Origin: a virus
Length of the DNA stretch: 64,000 nt
IMG/VR virus record: IMGVR_UViG_3300036985_005327
Span: 24,650 to 88,649 of that record
Direction: 5' to 3' (one strand)
The notes beneath the pieces were generated by a model. That model was not told where the DNA came from. It worked only from the letters and a program-made list of their open reading frames with translations, and did not search any database. Shown in pieces: positions 19,320-29,790 of the stretch; within the stretch, counting starts at the first letter, position 1; each line of letters starts with the position of its first letter. A program made the translations under genes and the position numbers.

Positions 19320-20240
19320 ATGGGTCTTTTGAAGAGAGCACATGTTCGCGGTCTTAACTTTGGCCTGATGAAGAACGGGCTGGTATCTTACCCGTCTATC
19401 AAGTGGGCTAACGAAGCCGCTGACGCTGTCGCAGACGAAATTCCGGAAGAGGCTGCTCCGGAAGTGACCGATGACGCTGGCATGAGTGCCAACGAAGTCG
19501 CGCCGATCCTCCAGAAACTCGTCGAAGTGGCTCAAGCGATTGCCGCCAAGACCGAAGCCCCAATGGACGAGAACCTGAACAAGGTCTCTGCGGACCAGAG
19601 CCTCGATCTCACGAAGCTGGCGTACGCGATGGCTGAGCGTCTGATCTATAAGGCCGCTCTCGAGTCGGGCACCACGAACCCCGGTTCGGGTCCTGCCACG
19701 CACGAGCAGGTCTTTGTCGAAGGTGAGACCGACGCCGAGAAGAATCCGTCTTCGGCTGTGACGGGTCCGAAGGGTTCTTCGTCCCTCGACACCAGCGCTG
19801 GTGTCGTCGGCGCGCAGACCGTTCGCCCTGACCAACCGGGCACGCAAGATTCCCCGGCTCCGACGACGCTCGCGGATGTGAAGATCTCTTCCTTCCTACA
19901 GAAGCTGTCGAAGGACGGTACGCTTCCCCAGTCGGGTGGTCGTACGGACCTCGCCACGAACGCGAACCTGAAGGGCACCGTGGTTCCCCAGGGCACGACC
20001 AACGCCAAGACGCCGCACACACCTGTCCCGCTCCAGCGGAACCCGGCCGCTCCGCAGCCCCCGGTGAGTAACGAGATTCAGGCGGATGTGAAGAAGACGG
20101 CGGAACAGCTACTCTCGACTGAGGAAGGTCGCCAGATCCTGCTCAACCTTCATGCTCAGCAGCAGAAGCAGGCGAGTCAAGAGGAAGTCGTGGACGTCGC
20201 GACGAATATCCTTTTGAACGCCCTCAAGTCCGTTCGCTGA
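19320..20240 (+). CDS. putative prohead core/internal protein
   Basis: Start ATG 19320 after AAAGGAG; many K-x-A motifs; strong C-ending codon bias. Confidence 0.6.
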   Translation: MGLLKRAHVRGLNFGLMKNGLVSYPSIKWANEAADAVADEIPEEAAPEVTDDAGMSANEVAPILQKLVEVAQAIAAKTEAPMDENLNKVSADQSLDLTKLAYAMAERLIYKAALESGTTNPGSGPATHEQVFVEGETDAEKNPSSAVTGPKGSSSLDTSAGVVGAQTVRPDQPGTQDSPAPTTLADVKISSFLQKLSKDGTLPQSGGRTDLATNANLKGTVVPQGTTNAKTPHTPVPLQRNPAAPQPPVSNEIQADVKKTAEQLLSTEEGRQILLNLHAQQQKQASQEEVVDVATNILLNALKSVR

Positions 20241-20352
20241 TATTCGTTTCTTCCTTCCGGCAATAATTGACATATAATTCAAGACGAAACCAAATAGAGC
20301 ACGCTTTCGTGTTCTGAGAACTTGGTACTCGTTAACAGGACAGGTTCAAACA

Positions 20353-22998
20353 ATGCCGACACCTATGTCTCCGGATGTTCAAGCGTATGGTCAGCTTCCT
20401 TCCGCTGAACAGGCTGAAGAGCTCTTTAAGCAAAAGTTCTCAAGCATGGCGTACAACGTTATGTTCGCTAAGTTTCCTGACTTAGCTCCACAAATCGTGA
20501 CGTTTAAGCTGCTTGAAACCGACTCTGTAAAAGGGCGCGGTGTCGGTGCATTCATCCTGATGCAAGACAACAAGCCTATCTACATTCCGGTGGTTATGAG
20601 CGACAGCCAGCTTAAGCCACTGGATGTTTTCTATTTCAAGGACCTCAACATTTTCCTTCCCATGAACAAAGAGTGGCTGGAGGAAGTGTCGAAGATGTCG
20701 CTCGAAGAGATGGGTCAGCCCGCTGATATCCCGCAGGGCGTCCCGCGCGACATTGACATCCGTAACGTGGTTATGCCTCCATTTACGTCTTCAGGGCGTG
20801 TGGGTCTCGCTTCCGACATGGGTATCGACTTTCACGCGAAGGCCATGTTCAAAGAAGCCGAAAACAACAACTACGAAGTACACCCTCGGTTCTTGGAGTT
20901 CATTGGTGACGCCGCTCCTCGTTCGGTTCTTGACGGCGTAAAGATTGCGTTTGAGCGTCACCCTGTCCTTCTCCAGAAGCTGGCTCAGTTCCACGGGTCA
21001 ACCGCAGTCGTTAACGCGTTCAAGCGCGGTAACGCCCGCACGGCAACCCAGACTACAGTCCAGACAAAGACTGCTTCTTTGAACAAGGAAGGGTCTGTCC
21101 GTGTCTTTACCAAGACGGCGTCTGCGGCAGAGCTCAAAGAAGCTTTTGGCGAGAAGGCCGCTCAAGCCTATCAGGGTATCCTTCGTAATGGTGTCGCTAC
21201 GCAGGACACCCGCAGAAGTATCGAGAAGGTAGCTCTCAAGATTGAGCACGAGCTCAAGCTCACCGAGCCGGGTCACACGGCTGGGTTCTACCGGCTCTAC
21301 TTCATGGACGCTCCTCCAGACATCTACTACATCATTCCGAAGCCTAAGGGCTCTAGTTGTGACGGCAACAACGCCATTGCGAGTGACGACTACTACAGCT
21401 CTTACGGTGTCAGCCCGCGCCGTAACGCCACCGAATACCTTATCATCAACAAGGATGGTAAGAAGGTGTGGTGCAACACTCACGTTATGGGTGAGCACAT
21501 CCAGGATGATGACTCCTCGCTGAACAGTTACAAGTGGATCAAGACGATCATCCACGGTAACGCTCGTGGCTCGGCACCGTCTGTTCACGACTACGGCTTC
21601 TTCCTTTGCGCCGGTCCTGGTAAGCAGCCCCAGGCTACCAAGCCTTTCTGGGTTCACTCTATCGTTGAGACCAAGGGCATCAAGAAGATCATGGGTGGGT
21701 ACTCGGACGGAACGAAGTACATCATCGATGACAACACGCAGCGCGAAACCATTACGCAGGCTGCTAACGACACACTCATCATTCCGAAAGATGCGAAGTG
21801 GGTCGCTATTCAGACGAACGTCCGCGAAGAGGACAAGTACGAGCTGCGTAACCACAGCCTGAGTAACATCACGGACGACCCGAAGATGGTTACCCATTGG
21901 CTCGACGCGAAACTCCAGGATGCGAAGGCCGAACCTGTCGAGGTTAAGAAGGCAGGCGTCGAGGAGTACTGGGTAGGAAATCATCCTCAAGCTCTTCACT
22001 ACCCGAAGGCTGTTGAGAAGGTAGCGACTACCTACGGCATCTCTGTCGCGGACGCCGCTGGGGTTCTTGTGGAAGTGGAACGCACTCGCTTCCCGTTCAT
22101 GTACGTTCTTCCGATTTCTAAGCTGGCCTCCATCAATGAGATTTTGATGAAGGTTGCTCAGCCGGGAGCGGAAGGACCGATGCAGGGTCAGGGTCCGGCT
22201 CAGGGTGGTCAGCCCCCGATGGCCCCTGAAGGTGGTGGTGGTGCTCCGATGGACCCGTCGCAGCAGGGTATGGACCCATCCATGATGGGTATGGCCCCGC
22301 CGCCCGCACCGTCTCCGATGTCGCCTACTGACCTGGCTATCGCGGAAGCTGTCGATAAGCTGACGCAAGAAAACCAGGTTCGTATGCAGCAACTGCAAGA
22401 CCAGATGCAGCAGCAGCAACAGACGCTGCAGCAGGAGTCGGACCAGAACAACAAGCTGGTTACTCTGCTTCAGCAGATCCAGAGTCGTGCGAGTCAGATC
22501 ACGCAGGCGACAGGCGGAATGATTCCGGCTGGAGCTGAGCAGTCTCCCGCTACGGCCGCAAGGATGCTTGCTCCTGAGCCCGAGCCACAACCTGAGCCTC
22601 CTCCGACTCCGATGATGCCCGAGGGTAATGTGAATCCCCAAGCTGTTGCGGACCAAATCAATCCCAACATGCTTGAGTCTGCCGGTGACCTTGGTAACGC
22701 TGGCGTCTTTGACCTCGCTACGATGTCGATGATGGCTGCGTCTCCTGTTCTCCACGAGATCATCTCGACGTACGTCCCGAACCTCGAGAAGGCAGTTGAT
22801 AACCTCGGTCGTATCCTGCTGACCTTATGGATGCAGGAAGCCGAGGTTAAGCAGATGATTGGTGACCTCGAGTACACCACTCTCGAAGAGCGGCTTCGCA
22901 CCGTCTTCAAGGGTCTCGGCGAGCTCGTCATCAAGATCAACCGAAACGCTGTCAACCCTGGTCAGATGTCGCAACAAGGGATGATGAATCAACAGTGA
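20353..22998 (+). CDS. large putative inner-core/virion protein (881 aa)
   Basis: Long ORF with high-expression codon bias; TKTAS twice, EKVA, SKLAS, MKVA; P/Q/M-rich linker and coiled coil. Confidence 0.65.
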   Translation: MPTPMSPDVQAYGQLPSAEQAEELFKQKFSSMAYNVMFAKFPDLAPQIVTFKLLETDSVKGRGVGAFILMQDNKPIYIPVVMSDSQLKPLDVFYFKDLNIFLPMNKEWLEEVSKMSLEEMGQPADIPQGVPRDIDIRNVVMPPFTSSGRVGLASDMGIDFHAKAMFKEAENNNYEVHPRFLEFIGDAAPRSVLDGVKIAFERHPVLLQKLAQFHGSTAVVNAFKRGNARTATQTTVQTKTASLNKEGSVRVFTKTASAAELKEAFGEKAAQAYQGILRNGVATQDTRRSIEKVALKIEHELKLTEPGHTAGFYRLYFMDAPPDIYYIIPKPKGSSCDGNNAIASDDYYSSYGVSPRRNATEYLIINKDGKKVWCNTHVMGEHIQDDDSSLNSYKWIKTIIHGNARGSAPSVHDYGFFLCAGPGKQPQATKPFWVHSIVETKGIKKIMGGYSDGTKYIIDDNTQRETITQAANDTLIIPKDAKWVAIQTNVREEDKYELRNHSLSNITDDPKMVTHWLDAKLQDAKAEPVEVKKAGVEEYWVGNHPQALHYPKAVEKVATTYGISVADAAGVLVEVERTRFPFMYVLPISKLASINEILMKVAQPGAEGPMQGQGPAQGGQPPMAPEGGGGAPMDPSQQGMDPSMMGMAPPPAPSPMSPTDLAIAEAVDKLTQENQVRMQQLQDQMQQQQQTLQQESDQNNKLVTLLQQIQSRASQITQATGGMIPAGAEQSPATAARMLAPEPEPQPEPPPTPMMPEGNVNPQAVADQINPNMLESAGDLGNAGVFDLATMSMMAASPVLHEIISTYVPNLEKAVDNLGRILLTLWMQEAEVKQMIGDLEYTTLEERLRTVFKGLGELVIKINRNAVNPGQMSQQGMMNQQ

Positions 22999-23708
22999 AA
23001 CACTGTGTCCCAGATCGGCGCTGGAAGCGTCTGAAGTATGCCTTAGCCCAAAAGAATGCGGATTCTATCCGTAACGATTCTTGGCTTTACGGCGTATATG
23101 AGGTGTCTGTTGGGTCTAAAACAGACGACAACGTCCAAGCAGCCTTAGATCTGGGAGACAGCGATTATCACCGAGATTGCATCATGGCTTTCCTGTTAAG
23201 CCGTTCTCCTGTTCAGGAGATATCCAAGTGTCTTGAGATTTCTGCGAGTATCCTCGAGATATTCGAGAAACTTTTCTGTGACAAAAGTGAGATGCGGAAC
23301 AAGTTGGACCACATCTTATTTGCTCGGGAGTACCAGAAGAACGTAGCTCAAGAAGAAGGACGTTGGCTGATTGACACTGGGCTTACGGGAGGACCTACGG
23401 TTCTTCAGGATCGTTTCTTACTAGGTCACGAAGAGCTCAACATAGACGTACGCAGCGTTTCACGTCGCATGATTAACACTGCGTATACTATTGGTATGGT
23501 GGCTCGTGGAAACTCGTTAACGTCAGAGGTATCCAAGCAAGCTCTCAGATGGTTTGATAGCGTAACTAAGTTGCTTTCTGCTCATGAAAAACTGCGTATG
23601 GAAGAGATTGAAGAAAATATCGATGACGCAGTCATCGCGATTAAGCAACAGCAGTTGACGCATACGCCTGAAGAGTTGAAGATACTTCCTGAAAACATCA
23701 TGCATTGA
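22995..23708 (+). CDS. hypothetical protein, possible HTH
   Basis: GTGA-coupled; helix pattern SPVQEISKCLEISASILEIFEKLF. Confidence 0.6.
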   Translation: MKHCVPDRRWKRLKYALAQKNADSIRNDSWLYGVYEVSVGSKTDDNVQAALDLGDSDYHRDCIMAFLLSRSPVQEISKCLEISASILEIFEKLFCDKSEMRNKLDHILFAREYQKNVAQEEGRWLIDTGLTGGPTVLQDRFLLGHEELNIDVRSVSRRMINTAYTIGMVARGNSLTSEVSKQALRWFDSVTKLLSAHEKLRMEEIEENIDDAVIAIKQQQLTHTPEELKILPENIMH

Positions 23709-23717
23709 GAGGCACGC

Positions 23718-24626
23718 ATGTGGACAAGAGCTGAATACGATACCGCAGCGGAACAAATTGGTCGTGATTTTGCCGCTAGCGGCGGGCAATCGCGGATAAA
23801 TGACCTGGCTACGAAAGTGGCTACGGAAAACAACTTGAACCCCGAGGGTATCCAAACGCTGGTTCGCTTGGCGAATGTCGCTGCGTTTCAGGAACTCTTC
23901 ACTAAGCGTGCCGGGTCGAATGACCGCATGATTGAGTTTGAAGTTGGCGATCCTGACTTGGTTGTTAGCAACCTCTATTCCGAGGTCAAACAAGCGGCTG
24001 TTGCACAACAGAAGTACGCGTCTGTGTCTTCGTATGACCGCGCCATGGACTACTACGGGGCTATGACCGTTAAAGTCGCGGAAGACGAGACGGATGAAAC
24101 AGAAGAGCCCGAAGATGACAAAGCGACTCCCGTGTCTGAGGAGGAAACGGTTCTGGGCAAAAAAGTGGATGCACCAGACGCGACTCCGGAAGCGGCTCTT
24201 CTTGACAAGAGGGCTATGGCCAAGTTCAACGTCAAGCGGGCGCAAGAAGCGATTGACGACGAGTCTCGTCGTCTTATGCACGAGTGGGGTATTGCTCTGG
24301 AGAAGGCTGCTCAGTCTGTTCGTGTCGTTTTTGGCAAGCCGACTTTCGACAAGCAAGCTTTTTACGCAGATGTCGTAGCTGACTTGGGTGTCAATGTCAT
24401 TCCAGAGTTGAAGGCAGTCAACATGCTTAACGGCGGTGACGTTGACGAAATCGACAGTGAGAAAATGGCAAGTGCTCCTGAGCATCGCGTTAGTACGCTC
24501 TCGCAGACGAAAGAGACAGCAGATATTCTTGCTTTGGTTAAGCAAGCTTCAGCGGCTCGACAGAAGCGGGAAGGGTACACCGCGTCCTTGACCTGGTTGA
24601 ACGAAAAGATTGCGGAGCTGGCATAA
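23718..24626 (+). CDS. putative prohead core/scaffold protein
   Basis: GAGG RBS; alpha-helical and acidic; about 12 K-x-A motifs. Confidence 0.6.
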   Translation: MWTRAEYDTAAEQIGRDFAASGGQSRINDLATKVATENNLNPEGIQTLVRLANVAAFQELFTKRAGSNDRMIEFEVGDPDLVVSNLYSEVKQAAVAQQKYASVSSYDRAMDYYGAMTVKVAEDETDETEEPEDDKATPVSEEETVLGKKVDAPDATPEAALLDKRAMAKFNVKRAQEAIDDESRRLMHEWGIALEKAAQSVRVVFGKPTFDKQAFYADVVADLGVNVIPELKAVNMLNGGDVDEIDSEKMASAPEHRVSTLSQTKETADILALVKQASAARQKREGYTASLTWLNEKIAELA

Positions 24627-24628
24627 TC

Positions 24629-25291
24629 ATGGGCCTCTTAAAAGGAGTCCTAAATTTTCCTCGTAAGCACCCTGTGGCAGCACTAGGTGTCGCGGGTACT
24701 GCAGCATCCTTATCTCCTGTTATGACTGAAGGAGGTAAATTGGAGGAAGAATCAATGAAGGGTTACACCGGTACTCCTGGCGGTAAGTACGTGTACGCCG
24801 AGCTTGAGGCTGTTGAAGAGCGCAAAGCCTTTCTCGAGAAGAAGGTCGCGTTTGAGAAAGACGCATTTACGCCTACTGTACCGAGAACCTTTGGTAGTCA
24901 ACTTACCGAAGGTCTTGGAATGGGCATCGGTAAGTCTGTGGGTCAGGCAGGCGTAGACATTATTCGCGCTCTCGTTACCGGCGTAGGTAACTCTGCTCGT
25001 TTAGGCCCCGCGACGTTGAGCCAGCAACAGAAGATGCTGGTTGCCAGGATCATCCAGAGCGACCCAATGCTCCACACCTTCGACGCTGAGAGTCCGGGTA
25101 CGTTGGAGCACGCATACACCACGATGGTGCGAACCGCTCCGCATGTCTCGGAAGACCCGAACGTAGTGCTCTCGTTCCTGCGTGAAGCTTCTCAGACAGG
25201 TGGTACGATCAACTACATGACCATGAAGCATCTCGCAGAAGCTGAGAAAGCTTTTATGGAAGCACGTAACGCCACGCGCCCGTGGTTCTAA
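24629..25291 (+). CDS. putative head-internal protein with Gly-rich hydrophobic segments
   Basis: AALGVAGTAAS, EKKVAFEKDAF, GLGMGIGKSVG. Confidence 0.55.
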   Translation: MGLLKGVLNFPRKHPVAALGVAGTAASLSPVMTEGGKLEEESMKGYTGTPGGKYVYAELEAVEERKAFLEKKVAFEKDAFTPTVPRTFGSQLTEGLGMGIGKSVGQAGVDIIRALVTGVGNSARLGPATLSQQQKMLVARIIQSDPMLHTFDAESPGTLEHAYTTMVRTAPHVSEDPNVVLSFLREASQTGGTINYMTMKHLAEAEKAFMEARNATRPWF

Positions 25292-25302
25292 AAGGTGAAG
25301 TC

Positions 25303-25518
25303 ATGACATACGAAGAACTCGACGCTGTTGTTCCTGAGAATGTGAAGCAGGCATACCTCAATCACCAAGTGCACAAACTTGCTGAGGAGCGTACAGGTCT
25401 GACTGATTTCAGCTTTGGGTCTATCGCTCGTTACATGGGTGAGAAGATTGCTTCTCGCCAGATGAGCCACAGTATCATCCAGGATGGTTTGACGGCACTC
25501 AAGATGCTGCGAGGTTAA
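25303..25518 (+). CDS. small head-module protein
   Basis: ATG 25303 after AAGGTG; VKQAY, HKLAE, EKIAS. Confidence 0.6.
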   Translation: MTYEELDAVVPENVKQAYLNHQVHKLAEERTGLTDFSFGSIARYMGEKIASRQMSHSIIQDGLTALKMLRG

Positions 25519-25520
25519 CT

Positions 25521-25931
25521 ATGCACCTTGAACTCTTTACGCACGAGATTTCCAATGCGGTTAAGAGCCATGGTCTCTACGAAGAGGTCGCGGTTAAGAC
25601 GGCGTCGGAAGAGCAGTGCATCGTTGTGGAAGAAGAGAACCCCAAGATCGCCCACGTCGTTATCGATGCTATCCGAACGGAAGCAAGGGTTCATGGGCAT
25701 ACTGGGGTTCCGGGGGTTGTGGGGTTCGTTACGAAGATGGCAGCGTTTAAGCGTGAAGAGCCTTTGACGAATGTGGAGCAGCTCAAGGTCGCCGCCGCTC
25801 TGACCGTTGACGACGCTCTGACGCAAGCCATTTGCGACGAGAAACTCACTGACAATTCACGGTTGAAGCTCGCGCACACAAGAACGTACGGTAGGGAAGT
25901 TTTCATGGAGATCCTCCGAGGGATTCTCTGA
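25521..25931 (+). CDS. small head-module protein
   Basis: GAGG RBS; VKTAS, PKIAH, TKMAA, LKVAA, LKLAH. Confidence 0.6.
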   Translation: MHLELFTHEISNAVKSHGLYEEVAVKTASEEQCIVVEEENPKIAHVVIDAIRTEARVHGHTGVPGVVGFVTKMAAFKREEPLTNVEQLKVAAALTVDDALTQAICDEKLTDNSRLKLAHTRTYGREVFMEILRGIL

Positions 25932-25938
25932 GGACTAG

Positions 25939-28900
25939 ATGCAAAAGATCATTCATCTTGACGAGTACTTTGCTACGGGTGAAGCCACAGTACAGCCGGT
26001 GCTATTGTGGGCAAACAACCGAGCTTGCTACGAGAACATAACGAAGCACGCCAGTGTAGGTAACGAGTACTTCAAGACGATTCAGCCGGTTCCGGGTCAC
26101 AGCTTTGTTTATGTTTTGGCTGTGAGCGACTGGGAGCATTACGCTGAGAATCGTAACGGAGACGGATTCCCAAATGCACCATACAAGCCAATGGCGAGTC
26201 CTCCGTGGATCAGCCAGGCTGAGACTCTGTCGAATTGGCATCACACGTTTGAGTCAGGAAACAACTTCAGGCATCACTGCTTTACGGGGGAAACTCCTAT
26301 TTTGATGGGAGATAGAACCCGTAAGCCCATTGAGGACGTCGTAGCTGGTGACACGGTTATGACCCTTGAAGGGGCCAAAAAAGTAGTGGACGTCATGAAG
26401 CGTGAGTACGCTGGAGACGGACTATCAATTCGTTTGCACGGTAATTACACGCGAATTGACTGCACTACAGACCACCCCGTCCTGGTATACCGTCGCGACC
26501 AGGTTCATTGTCTGCATGGGTACCTTCGACTTGGCGGTATCGTCTGTAAGAAAGTATCTTGCCGAGACCTGACTACCGATATCGGTGAACCCAAGTGGAT
26601 TCCTGCGTCTGAAATTATGGTGGGGGATTACGCGGTATTTCCCAAACCAGAATTAGGAACGAAAAAAGTACCGGAGGCGTTTGCTCGTTTGATTGGCTGG
26701 GTAGCGTCTGACGGTTGTCTAGGAAAACACGGAGATATTCAGTTTACGTTTTCTTCGGAAAATACATTCAAGATAGACGCGGTAACTCAGTGTTTAAAAG
26801 ATAACGGACTAGACACAGGAATGTATCCATCAAAACTGTACGAGCGTGTTCTTCTTTCTATAACAAAGAAAGAGGTAGCAGACGAGCTGGCTAAGTATGT
26901 TACAGGCAAGAAGGCAGAGAAGAGACTTACACCTGAAGTATTTAAGCTAGACGCTGAGAGTGTGCTGCATGTCCTAGGGGCATTCTGTGACGGCGACGGT
27001 CACGTAGCGCGTACGAACAGAAATCTGGGGCAGTTGCGTATACGCTCTGCATCAGAAAGTATGTTATACGTTTTGCACGATCTCATTAGAGCCTTAGGTA
27101 TTCCTGCAACGGTACAGTGGGACGGTTTTGCACACGACTTTGAAAGTCCTCTTGAAGGATACGGGACGTACCACAGTGAGGGTTCTGGAGTCGTAGCTGT
27201 GTCGAAGGGCTACGCGGCTGAAGTGTTAGTTAATAGTGATAGGCACAAGAACTTACCTGAGCCAGGACGTAAAAACACAATTCGTATTTCGGGGTCGCAC
27301 TTTTTAGTCCCAGTGACGGACGTGGAAGAAATCACTTTGGATACGGAAGTGTTCAATCTCGAAGTTGAAGACGTGCACCACTACGTCGCCAATGGTATTG
27401 TGGTTCACAATTGTAATAAAGACCCTGAAAAACGCGTAGGCAAAGTGGTCAAGTCGTTTTGGAACGACACCATGCACCGCGTTGAGTTGTTGATTGACCT
27501 CGACAACGAGAAGGCTCCTGACCTTGCCGCCCGTATTGCTGCCGGGGAATTTCCTCCGGTAAGTATGGGTACGAAAGTATCGTGGGACGTTTGTTCTGTG
27601 TGCGGCAACAGAGCCCCTACTCGTGCTCAGTATTGTGACCACCTGCGCTTCCAGATGCGTGGGGTCATAAACGGAGTGAAGGTAGCGGCTCTTAACCCAA
27701 GCCCAAAGTTCTTTGACATCTCTTGGGTTGTGCGCCCAGCCGACCCGACTGCGTATATGATGAAAAAAGTAGCGAATGGCGTTCCATATGAGCTCATTTC
27801 CGGCGTAAAGGCCGGTGAATATTTAGACCTCATGGACGAACGTAAGCTAGCGGCGCACAAAATAGCCGTGATAGATAAGGTCGTCCAAGGAATTTCTTTG
27901 GACGCAAAGACTGAGAATGTAGACCCCACAGAGCTTGGCAACATACAACGTATGCGTAGTCAAGTTCTCGATATGGGTGGAAACGTTCCGGTAATTCCAG
28001 ACGAGACTCTGCATCATCTTTCGAGCTTCCCGTTGGAAAAGACGCTGTCGTCTGCGTTCTCCGGTGGAATGCTCTTGAAGACTCCTGAGTTGACTAAGCT
28101 CGTCTTCTTCAAGTCGTACCCTAAGCATCACCCAGAGGAAAGTTGGATTGATAAGTCCGTAGGGCTACAAGGCCCCATCATGGAGCTCATCTCGGAACAC
28201 CCACAGATTCTCGATTCTTTTGAGAATGCAGACATCTTTAACGTAAACAAAGATTCTGTGGACCCAAAGATTCTTGAGGTCTTATCCCCGTACTTTGAGA
28301 AGACTTCAGGGATGGGTGACTATCTCAAGAGAAACATTGTCCCAGAGAAGTACAGAGACGAAGGAGAGTTCACCACTCCGTTGACGATTACTGACCCAGC
28401 AACGGGCCAGCAGTATCGGACAACACGTGGTGCAGCTATTCGTGCCCATGATGAAGTGGCCAAGAGAAATCTTTACAAGACCGTTGGCGGTGCTGCTCTT
28501 TTGGGCGGTACTTACAAAGTTTTGGGCTCGGGTCTCAGCAGCAAGGGTCTTGGGGCATTAAAGCCTCTTGTTGGAGGTACTTTAGCTGCGGCTGGTCTTT
28601 CTCATCTTCCGTCTATGGGCAACCACTACATGACTGACCAGGGGGTTCCAATCTCCACAGTCACAGAGTTGTCAAAAACCTCGTCATTAGCTCTTCCTCT
28701 GTTTGGTACTTTGGGTCTGATGACGTTGCTCAGCAGCGACTATAAGTCTCGAATGGCTCGTGGTGAACCTGTTGGGCATCCGGGTCTTCCTTTGGGGCGT
28801 CGTCTTTTGGACCAAGCTGGTGAGTTCACAAACGAGCACCCCATTGCAAGTGCTGCAGTTGGTATGGCAGGGCTTCATACTTTAGGTAACAGCTTGGCGG

Positions 28901-29121
28901 GACGCGCGGCCAATAAACAGATTATTGAGCCTGGAGCTAAGTATCTTCGTCAGGGGTCTGAAGCAGCGGGTAACTGGCTCAAGCGTATGGCGGACGGAAC
29001 AACAAAACTTTCGGCTATGCTCGATGACTTGTTACCTCAGCCAACGGACACTGTTATGCTTCCTAGTCTAGACATCGAAAAAATTGCCGAGAGAATCGGT
29101 GAACTCATCGTCGAGGGCTAA
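25939..29121 (+). CDS. prohead (maturation) serine protease, HK97/herpes assemblin fold, with intein, Zn ribbon and long C-terminal extension
   Basis: NRNGDGF; FRHH (catalytic His region); GKVV; VSMG (catalytic Ser); CSVCG..YCDH; FFDISWVVRPADPTA (EvS.V..PA motif); upstream of scaffold and capsid genes. Confidence 0.85.
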   Translation: MQKIIHLDEYFATGEATVQPVLLWANNRACYENITKHASVGNEYFKTIQPVPGHSFVYVLAVSDWEHYAENRNGDGFPNAPYKPMASPPWISQAETLSNWHHTFESGNNFRHHCFTGETPILMGDRTRKPIEDVVAGDTVMTLEGAKKVVDVMKREYAGDGLSIRLHGNYTRIDCTTDHPVLVYRRDQVHCLHGYLRLGGIVCKKVSCRDLTTDIGEPKWIPASEIMVGDYAVFPKPELGTKKVPEAFARLIGWVASDGCLGKHGDIQFTFSSENTFKIDAVTQCLKDNGLDTGMYPSKLYERVLLSITKKEVADELAKYVTGKKAEKRLTPEVFKLDAESVLHVLGAFCDGDGHVARTNRNLGQLRIRSASESMLYVLHDLIRALGIPATVQWDGFAHDFESPLEGYGTYHSEGSGVVAVSKGYAAEVLVNSDRHKNLPEPGRKNTIRISGSHFLVPVTDVEEITLDTEVFNLEVEDVHHYVANGIVVHNCNKDPEKRVGKVVKSFWNDTMHRVELLIDLDNEKAPDLAARIAAGEFPPVSMGTKVSWDVCSVCGNRAPTRAQYCDHLRFQMRGVINGVKVAALNPSPKFFDISWVVRPADPTAYMMKKVANGVPYELISGVKAGEYLDLMDERKLAAHKIAVIDKVVQGISLDAKTENVDPTELGNIQRMRSQVLDMGGNVPVIPDETLHHLSSFPLEKTLSSAFSGGMLLKTPELTKLVFFKSYPKHHPEESWIDKSVGLQGPIMELISEHPQILDSFENADIFNVNKDSVDPKILEVLSPYFEKTSGMGDYLKRNIVPEKYRDEGEFTTPLTITDPATGQQYRTTRGAAIRAHDEVAKRNLYKTVGGAALLGGTYKVLGSGLSSKGLGALKPLVGGTLAAAGLSHLPSMGNHYMTDQGVPISTVTELSKTSSLALPLFGTLGLMTLLSSDYKSRMARGEPVGHPGLPLGRRLLDQAGEFTNEHPIASAAVGMAGLHTLGNSLAGRAANKQIIEPGAKYLRQGSEAAGNWLKRMADGTTKLSAMLDDLLPQPTDTVMLPSLDIEKIAERIGELIVEG
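26278..27411 (+). mobile_element. intein 3 (378 aa) with LAGLIDADG endonuclease in prohead protease
   Basis: FRHH|CFTGETPILM ... CTTDHP ... LIGWVASDG, VLGAFCDGDG ... VFNLEVEDVHHYVANGIVVHN|C. Confidence 0.95.
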
Positions 29122-29186
29122 TCCCTTGATATGAACCCGTAGCCACCCTAGTATTTGGGTTGGCACCTAACAACTGTGAGGAAAAC

Positions 29187-29771
29187 ATGAATTTCGAAAC
29201 ATTGATGCAGCAGGTTAGCGGGACCGCTACCGAGAAAACCGCCAACGATACTTCGGTTCAGACCAGCACGAAAACCGCAACTGAAGCTGCGCAGGAAGCC
29301 CTCAAGGCTTCTCTGCAGCGTGTCATTGCTCAAGAGAAGACCGCGTCGGCTGACTCTGATCCAGTCGAAGCCCTCATCAAGGAAGCGCAGAGACTGGCCG
29401 ACGACGCGAAGACCGGCGAGCTCATGCACATTCGTATGATGGGAACCGCGTTCGCGGACGCCGCTTCTGAGACCTGGAATCGCAACACTACGCAGAAGAT
29501 GGCGTCAGCTCAGCCGGTAGAGAATACCTACGAGAAGACCGCCGCCGAGGAGCAGGCCATGCTGCAGCAAGCTGCGAACAAGGGCTACACCGACACGATG
29601 ACGAAGGTTGCGATGGAAGCCGGTTACAACGCCACGATGGAGAAGGTTGCTGCTGAGCAATACCAGTCTGGTCAGAACGAAGCTCTGGAGCAAGTACGTG
29701 AAGCTGCTGCCCGTGAGTTCTTCAAGGGCGCTCGAGAAGTCGATGTCCTTCTTTCCCAGATGAATCGTTAA
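29187..29771 (+). CDS. putative scaffolding protein
   Basis: ATG 29187 after GAGG; Ala/Glu/Gln-rich helix; 9 of 12 Lys are in K-x-A; three tandem xxxGYxxTMxKVA-like repeats. Confidence 0.65.
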   Translation: MNFETLMQQVSGTATEKTANDTSVQTSTKTATEAAQEALKASLQRVIAQEKTASADSDPVEALIKEAQRLADDAKTGELMHIRMMGTAFADAASETWNRNTTQKMASAQPVENTYEKTAAEEQAMLQQAANKGYTDTMTKVAMEAGYNATMEKVAAEQYQSGQNEALEQVREAAAREFFKGAREVDVLLSQMNR

Positions 29772-29790
29772 CGTCGAAGGAGGTGTGACA

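Noticed and set aside
20998-22755. 585-aa minus-strand ORF (also 31141-32178, 36510-37685, 23523-24545, 42943-43701)
   Set aside because: Antisense shadows of strongly codon-biased plus-strand structural genes; no RBS or protein-like motifs.
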